From the NCBI GenBank assembly GCA_046757665.1, contig JBHHYO010000021.1, positions 1 to 35,355 on the forward strand: DNA of 35,355 bases. The letters are read 5' to 3'. This document shows, piece by piece, positions 29,549 through 35,355 of the stretch (positions are counted from its first letter, which is position 1; each line of letters begins with the position of its first letter). The DNA comes from Nitrospinales bacterium (GTDB lineage Bacteria > Nitrospinota > Nitrospinia > Nitrospinales > JAJDAT01). Below the pieces are notes generated by a model. The model saw only the letters and a program-made list of their open reading frames with translations, was not told the DNA's origin and did no database searches. The translations under genes were made by a program, and so were the position numbers.

Positions 29549-30949
29549 ATGAGCGCCATACTGGTTGTTGACAACGAAAAGAGCATTTGCGATTTCCTCC
29601 AGATCATGCTGGAAAAGGAGGGCTATGAGGTTCTGATCGCCCGCAACGGCGAGATCGCCGCCCAGTTGATCCGGGAAAATATTTTCGATCTCGTCCTGAC
29701 CGATATTCGTATGCCCCGCGCCGGCGGGATTGACGTTCTGGAAACGGTGAATGAAGTCAGCCCCTCCACGCCCGTCGTGATGATGACGGCGTACGCCTCC
29801 GCCGAGACCGCCGTGGAAGCGATGAAAAAAGGCGCCTACGATTATATTTCCAAGCCGTTCAATGTGGACGATTTGCAGTTGATCATCAAAAACGCCATTG
29901 AGAAAAAGAAGCTTTATGACGAGAACGTTCATCTCAAAACGGCGTTGAAGGATAAACATCAATTCTCCCACATCGTCGGCAAAAGTCCGGGAATGGAGAA
30001 GGTGTTTGCGCTTATCCGCAAGGTGGCCGAAAGCAACGCCACGGTTTTGATTTCCGGCGAAAGCGGCACCGGCAAGGAGCTGGTGGCGCAGGCTATTCAT
30101 TATAACGGTCCAAGGCGCGACCGGCCCTTCGTCTCCATCAACTGCGGCGCCATGCCGGAAAATCTGCTGGAAAGCGAGTTGTTCGGCCATGAGCGCGGCG
30201 CGTTTACCAGCGCGGATTCCGTTAAAATCGGATTGATGGAATCCGCCGACAAAGGGTCCTTTTTCTTCGACGAAGTGTGCGAGGCTCCCCTGTCCACCCA
30301 GGTCAAACTGCTCCGGGTGTTGCAGGAAAGGCAGTTCAACCGCGTAGGCGGCACCCGGCCGATTACCGTCGACCTGCGGATTATCGCCGCGACGAATCGG
30401 GATTTGACCGAGGCCGTCAAAAACAAAACGTTTCGCGAGGACCTGTATTACCGGCTGAACGTCATTCCTATCCATATCCCACCCCTGCGGGAAAGGAGGG
30501 GCGACATCCCCCTGCTCGTCAACCGGTTTATCGCCAAATACAACGAACGGCATCAAAGGGAGGGAGAAATCCGGGATATCGATCCCAAGGCCTTGAGCGT
30601 ACTGGAGAAATATCATTGGCCGGGGAACGTCAGGGAATTGGAAAACACGATCGAACGCGCCGTGGTCCTGGAAAAAAAGGATGTCATTCAAGTTTCCAGC
30701 TTGCCGGAGGAAATTTCCAGTCAGGCCGGCAAGGCTCCGGAGGTTGCGCTCTCCTTCGACCAACAGCGGACGATCGATCTTGAAGAGACCTTGATCGGGA
30801 TCGAAAAGAAGATGATTGTCGGCGCCCTGGAGCAGACGGGGGGTATTATGAACAAGGCCGCCAAGTTGCTGAATCTGAGTTTCCGTTCCATGCGCTACCG
30901 GATACAGAAACACAAAATCAAAGGGAAATTTGAAATCGAGGAACCTTGA
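29549..30949 (+). CDS. Sigma54-dependent response regulator (NtrC family, PilR-like)
   Basis: REC domain (LTDIRMP, MTAYAS, YISKPF), AAA+ domain (GESGTGKE, ESELFGH, GAFTSA, FREDLYYRLNV, WPGNVREL) and a PilR-like HTH SFRSMRYRIQK. Confidence 0.92.
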   Translation: MSAILVVDNEKSICDFLQIMLEKEGYEVLIARNGEIAAQLIRENIFDLVLTDIRMPRAGGIDVLETVNEVSPSTPVVMMTAYASAETAVEAMKKGAYDYISKPFNVDDLQLIIKNAIEKKKLYDENVHLKTALKDKHQFSHIVGKSPGMEKVFALIRKVAESNATVLISGESGTGKELVAQAIHYNGPRRDRPFVSINCGAMPENLLESELFGHERGAFTSADSVKIGLMESADKGSFFFDEVCEAPLSTQVKLLRVLQERQFNRVGGTRPITVDLRIIAATNRDLTEAVKNKTFREDLYYRLNVIPIHIPPLRERRGDIPLLVNRFIAKYNERHQREGEIRDIDPKALSVLEKYHWPGNVRELENTIERAVVLEKKDVIQVSSLPEEISSQAGKAPEVALSFDQQRTIDLEETLIGIEKKMIVGALEQTGGIMNKAAKLLNLSFRSMRYRIQKHKIKGKFEIEEP

Positions 30950-33012
30950 AGGACTCTGCCATGTTCCACCGCTTTTGCGTGTCGTTTCGGTTTTTTGCCG
31001 GGTGCGGGCCGGCCTCCAGGGCCAGGACCGCCGGCGCCCGGCTTGCCGGGGTGTGCCTGGTTGGTTTTGTGCTTTGCTCCGCGCCGATTTCCGCTTTCGC
31101 GGAAGAGTTGTTTGAAAGCAAGGCGAATGCCAACGTATTCAATCAGGCGGAATTTTTGTTCCATTCCGGGGAATTTGCCGAGGCCAAACAACTTTATCAG
31201 GATTATTTGCAAAACCGTCTGGATGGAGGTCGTGCGGGAAAGGCCTTCTTCCGCCTGGGACAGATTGATTTCAAGAACCGTTATTATTCGACCGCCCTGC
31301 AATATTTCGACTATGTTCTGGATCAGTTCCCCCGCACTCACCTGACGCGCCAGGCGCAGTATCTGGCGGGGGTGTGCTATTTCGAAATGGAACGGTTTGA
31401 TGAGGCCGAAGCAATCTTCAAGATACAATCCAGGGCCAATCCCGATGCGGTCAAGAGGTGGCAAAGCCTTCTGTATCTGAGCCGGCTGGACGAGAAACGG
31501 TTTGACTACGGCAACGCCCTGGTCAAAATCAGGCAAGTGTACGATTCGGGGCAGGACAAGGCGTTGCGGGACCAGGCTGTCCAGGCGGCGGAAAAAATCA
31601 TCCGCGAACAACTGCCCCGGGAAACCCTGCTGTTCCTTGTGCGAAAGTTTCGCGCCGGTTTTCCCGTGGACCTCATGCTCTGGCGACTGCTTGATCTTTA
31701 CCGGCTGGAGCGGGATCACGAAAATTATCAGGCCACGCTACGGGAATTTCTGGCTCTTTTCCCAACGCATCCGCGCCGGCAGGATGCGGAAAAAATGCTG
31801 GCGCGGGCCGAGGAAGCCGATGACCGTCTGCGCGTCGGAGTGCTTTTGCCCTTGACCGGAAAACATGCGCTGACCGGACAACGGGTCTTGCAGGGAATTC
31901 AACTGGCGTTCAACCAGTTGAGCGCCTCTGAAAAACAGGGTCTGGAACTGGTCGTCAAGGATTCCGGTTTTGGTTCCCTCCTGTCGCAAACGGTTGAAGA
32001 ACTGGCAACGGATCCCAATGTCGTTGCTATTCTCGGCCCTGTTTTGAGCCGTAGCGTTCGGGACATCGCGCCCCTTCTGGACCGGTACGAGATTCCCCTG
32101 TTCACGCCGACGGCCTCCGCCGCCGATTTGCCCGCCCTCAGTCCCTATATATTTCGCAACGCCCTGACAAGGAAAATCCAGGGAAAGTTTCTGGCCGACT
32201 ATGCGGTGAATAAATTGAATCTGCGCCGATTCGTCATCTTTTCTCCGACAGAAACCTTCGGCGAGGAGTTCAAGGATATTTTCTCCCGTGAGGTGCTGGG
32301 ACTGGGCGCCGAGGTGGTGGCCTGGGTGACCTACAACCGGTCGCAAAACGATTTCAAAAACCAGATTCTGGATATCGGGGGAATTTCCGACCGGGTGCTG
32401 AAACGATTGACGCTCAAGCAACTTGCCAAAACCGAGAAAGAAGACAAAAAGTTTCAGGGAAAAGTCCCGTTTTCAAAGCCGTTGGTGGAGCAGGCATTCC
32501 TCAACAGCGAAAGCGTCGAGGGGCTGAAGGTGTCTCTGGAATTGAGCTATGACGCCATATTCATTCCGGGATTTTACGATAAGGTGGGGCTCATCGCGCC
32601 GCAACTGGTTTTTTACAATATCAATGAAGTGACCCTGCTGGGAACGAACGGCTGGAACTATCCCGACCTGGTGAAAACCGCCGGCCCCTATCTGAGAAAC
32701 AAGGGGGTATTCGTTGACGGATTTTTCGTCCATTCCCGGGAGGGCAGGGTGCGGGAGTTTGTCGAAAGCTTTCAGGCCAATTTTGGCGAGGAACCGACCA
32801 TTCTATCCGCCCAGGCTTTTGATGCCGGGCGGATATTGTTCCAATTGATCGACGAAGGCGCCCGCACTCGGACCGCTCTTAAAAACCAGCTTCAATCTGT
32901 GGAAAACTTTCCCGGCGTTTCGGGAAATACCACCATCCTGCCTTCGGGCGATTCCGAAAAAAAGTTATTTCCTCTGAAAATCAAAGGCAAAAAAATCGTC
33001 CAGGTTGACTGA
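30946..33012 (+). CDS. TPR + periplasmic binding protein-fold protein (penicillin-binding protein activator/LpoA-like)
   Basis: Signal-like N-terminus, BamD/CpoB-like TPR repeats, then VGVLLPLTG...AILGP...DAIFIP...APQL.FY...LLGTNGWN. Start is 30946 (TTGA overlap) or 30961. Confidence 0.8.
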   Translation: MKDSAMFHRFCVSFRFFAGCGPASRARTAGARLAGVCLVGFVLCSAPISAFAEELFESKANANVFNQAEFLFHSGEFAEAKQLYQDYLQNRLDGGRAGKAFFRLGQIDFKNRYYSTALQYFDYVLDQFPRTHLTRQAQYLAGVCYFEMERFDEAEAIFKIQSRANPDAVKRWQSLLYLSRLDEKRFDYGNALVKIRQVYDSGQDKALRDQAVQAAEKIIREQLPRETLLFLVRKFRAGFPVDLMLWRLLDLYRLERDHENYQATLREFLALFPTHPRRQDAEKMLARAEEADDRLRVGVLLPLTGKHALTGQRVLQGIQLAFNQLSASEKQGLELVVKDSGFGSLLSQTVEELATDPNVVAILGPVLSRSVRDIAPLLDRYEIPLFTPTASAADLPALSPYIFRNALTRKIQGKFLADYAVNKLNLRRFVIFSPTETFGEEFKDIFSREVLGLGAEVVAWVTYNRSQNDFKNQILDIGGISDRVLKRLTLKQLAKTEKEDKKFQGKVPFSKPLVEQAFLNSESVEGLKVSLELSYDAIFIPGFYDKVGLIAPQLVFYNINEVTLLGTNGWNYPDLVKTAGPYLRNKGVFVDGFFVHSREGRVREFVESFQANFGEEPTILSAQAFDAGRILFQLIDEGARTRTALKNQLQSVENFPGVSGNTTILPSGDSEKKLFPLKIKGKKIVQVD

Positions 33013-33164
33013 GCGATGAGCCCGTCCCCCGGCGGAAGCTTCTTTACTTATCACACGCCCTTTTCCCACCAAAAAAACATCCGAATTCAGATATTTTTAT
33101 GCGGTTTTTCTGAAAATATGCTATACTATTATCTGCAATCGGATTTTTTGTGTGTCGGGGGGAG

Positions 33165-33656
33165 ATGGGCGGTACTCTTAAAAACAAGGGTCTCTTGGGT
33201 CGGATATCCGGGAACTCATTTTGTTGTCGGGCGGTTATGCTATTTCTGAGCGTGGCCGTTCCGGTAGTGCTTTGCGGCGCATCGCCCGATTATGGAGCTT
33301 ACGACGGGGCGAAGTATTTGCGCAACTACGATGGCGATACCGTTACCTTCGACCTGTCCGGACTTCACCCGATTATTGGTAAATCAATAAAAGTTCGGGT
33401 TGGTGGTATCGACACGCCAGAGATAAAGGGCAAATGTGTGCGGGAAAAGCAACTGGCGCAAAAGGCCAAGGCATTTGTCGCGAATATGTTAAAAAACGCC
33501 CGGAACATCCGTCTGGAGAAAATGCGGCGCGGGAAATATTTTCGCGTCGTGGCTCGTGTGATGGTGGATGACCGGGACCTTGCCACGGAACTCCTCGCGG
33601 GCGGGCTGGCCGTCCCCTATGACGGCGGCAAAAAGTCCGCCCCCTGGTGCGGATAG
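33165..33656 (+). CDS. Thermonuclease (staphylococcal nuclease-like) family protein
   Basis: YDGDT, VRVGGIDTPE, GKYFRVVA and GLAVPYDGG, with a hydrophobic N-terminal segment. The start is uncertain (33165 or 33237). Confidence 0.88.
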   Translation: MGGTLKNKGLLGRISGNSFCCRAVMLFLSVAVPVVLCGASPDYGAYDGAKYLRNYDGDTVTFDLSGLHPIIGKSIKVRVGGIDTPEIKGKCVREKQLAQKAKAFVANMLKNARNIRLEKMRRGKYFRVVARVMVDDRDLATELLAGGLAVPYDGGKKSAPWCG

Positions 33657-33778
33657 GTCCGCGCAAACACTCCTGTAGAAAACATTACGAACAAAGCGTC
33701 ACAAAAGTAATATCCCTCGTTTTTCCCTGCCGCCGGCTTTTTCGGCTTCCATGCTCCAAGGAGAGCTTTGCATAAGCG

Positions 33779-33806
33779 GAGATTCTTCACTTCGTTCAGA
33801 ATGACG
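33779..33806 (-). repeat. Single REP-like palindrome, same family as 1133-1159
   Basis: GAGATTCTTCACTTCGTTCAGAATGAC compared with GAGATTCTTCGCGTTGCTCAGAATGGC at 1133. Confidence 0.7.
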
Positions 33807-33932
33807 ATCGGAGAGATGAAGTAATGTCTTCTTGAGCTTGTCCCACAACAAGAAGTAACGCCTTTTAAATTAGCGAATCAGTTATAATAAAAATCACAGG
33901 ACTATCAAAAAAGTAAAAGCTGAGGCCAGGTT

Positions 33933-35282
33933 ATGTTCGAACCTCCATCTTATGGTGATTTAACAAAACTGAACAAGACAAAGGGAATCCTTTACCATGT
34001 TGGCAGGGAGACCCTGGAAACTATTGTCAAGAGTTATCTGGATTTACTCCATACTTCCTCGGTAATTTATGAATCAGATGGAAGTTATGCGTCAGCCTTG
34101 TTTTCGTCTTCCTTTTGCAGGCTTATGGATCAACACGCGCGCAAACTCTGCGGGAGCGACGATAATGCCGAAGCGCTGGATTCCGGGAAATGGCTGTGTC
34201 ACGAATCGTGTTGGAGCGAATGCTCGAAAAAATCGATTGAAACGGGGAAGCCAGTTGATCTTAAAGTCTGCGAGGGTGGCATTAGCATTTATGCGGTTCC
34301 CATTCGGTCCGAGGGCAAAATTATTGGTTCGATCAATATTGGCTATGGCAATCCACCCACGGATGAAGACAAACTTCAGGAGTTATCCGAAAAGTACAAC
34401 GTAAAAAAAAATGAGCTTCGCGAAGTTACTAACGGTTATCAAAGAGTCCCGGAATTTGTGGTGGAGGCGGTTAAACGGAACCTTCATCTGGCGGCGGAAC
34501 TCATTGGTGAAATTTATACCCGAAAGAAAAGAGAGCTGGAACTTGTAAAGCGCCATGAGGAACTGGAAAAGAAAATTAAAGAAACCTATGAACAGCTATT
34601 GCATTCGGAAAAATTATATTCGTTGGGTAAATTAACGGGTTCAATTGCTCACGAGTTCAACAATCCGCTGTATGGAGTTCGCAGTCTTATTGAGGGGGTA
34701 CTGGATGATGAGTTGAACGAGCAAAAGGCGGCAATGCTGAGACTGGCGCTGAAGGAATGCGATAGAATGGCGGATTTGATTTTCAAATTAAGAGAATTTT
34801 ATGCGCCTTCTGTAGGAAAAATTGAATCTCTCGACCTCAATAAAATCCTTGAAGATATTGCGTTGTTGATGAGAAAAAAACTGGAAGAAAGAAAAATTAA
34901 ACTCATCAAGGATTTTTGTGATGAGGATTGCCGGGTAAGAGGGGTTGAGGATCAACTCAAACAAGTTTGTATGAACTTGATCCAGAATGCCGAGGAATCC
35001 ATTTCTGGTGAGGATGGTTGCATTATATTAAAAACCAGATGTGGGGCCGCCAAGTTAGTTCTGACGGTTACGGATAACGGTTGCGGCATTTCTGAAAGCA
35101 ATATGAAACGTATATTTGAGCCGTTTTATTCAACCAAACTTGATTCAAAAGGCAGTGGTTTGGGGCTTTCGGTTTGTTATAGCATTATCAAAAAACATAA
35201 CGGCAATATCTTCGCCAAACCCGTCAAGCCTAAAGGAACTTGCTTTACTGTAGAATTGCCTCTAAGTGAGAAATCGTCATGA
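33933..35282 (+). CDS. Cytoplasmic sensor histidine kinase with a PocR-like ligand-binding domain
   Basis: Cys-rich N-domain (FCRLMD, WLCHESCW, CEGGISIYAVPI), H-box AHEFNNPL, N-box NLIQNA, G1 DNGCGI, G2 GSGLGL. No TM. Confidence 0.88.
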   Translation: MFEPPSYGDLTKLNKTKGILYHVGRETLETIVKSYLDLLHTSSVIYESDGSYASALFSSSFCRLMDQHARKLCGSDDNAEALDSGKWLCHESCWSECSKKSIETGKPVDLKVCEGGISIYAVPIRSEGKIIGSINIGYGNPPTDEDKLQELSEKYNVKKNELREVTNGYQRVPEFVVEAVKRNLHLAAELIGEIYTRKKRELELVKRHEELEKKIKETYEQLLHSEKLYSLGKLTGSIAHEFNNPLYGVRSLIEGVLDDELNEQKAAMLRLALKECDRMADLIFKLREFYAPSVGKIESLDLNKILEDIALLMRKKLEERKIKLIKDFCDEDCRVRGVEDQLKQVCMNLIQNAEESISGEDGCIILKTRCGAAKLVLTVTDNGCGISESNMKRIFEPFYSTKLDSKGSGLGLSVCYSIIKKHNGNIFAKPVKPKGTCFTVELPLSEKSS

Positions 35283-35355
35283 CAAGAAAGGTGTTTGCAA
35301 GGTTCCGTAAAATAATTTCTGTAAAAAGGGGTGGCAAGTTGGGCCACCATTTGCT

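Noticed and set aside
29111..30913. 600-aa minus-strand ORF
   Set aside because: Antisense shadow of the NtrC-family gene and the end of argG, a common artefact for this family.

Overview
A GC-rich (about 55-60% by eye) bacterial chromosomal window made mostly of housekeeping genes. The protein styles suggest a Nitrospinota or Deltaproteobacteria-like organism (inference, not tested). In order: the tail of a probable HD-GYP protein, a tail-anchored hypothetical protein, a short Urate_ox_N/PuuD-like membrane protein, a MacAB-type ABC system with two permeases, AsmA, an Nfu-type Fe-S carrier, cstA, a CC-motif protein coupled to purA, thiO-like/bioA, two very small membrane or lipoprotein ORFs, monofunctional proline dehydrogenase, an atypical ClC, rpe, tatA, a reduced complex I operon (nuoA-C-H-I-J-K-L-M-N), argG, a PilR-like sigma54 activator, a TPR/LpoA-like protein, a thermonuclease and an AT-rich PocR-domain histidine kinase. 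I found no CRISPR array, transposase, rRNA or tRNA. The most notable items are a ClC with His at the gating-glutamate position and other core substitutions, a nuo operon cleanly lacking nuoB/D/E/F/G, an 83-nt cloverleaf-like leader before argG, CGTC/GTCA-tagged palindromic repeats and probable leaderless promoters. No complete novel system can be demonstrated from sequence alone.
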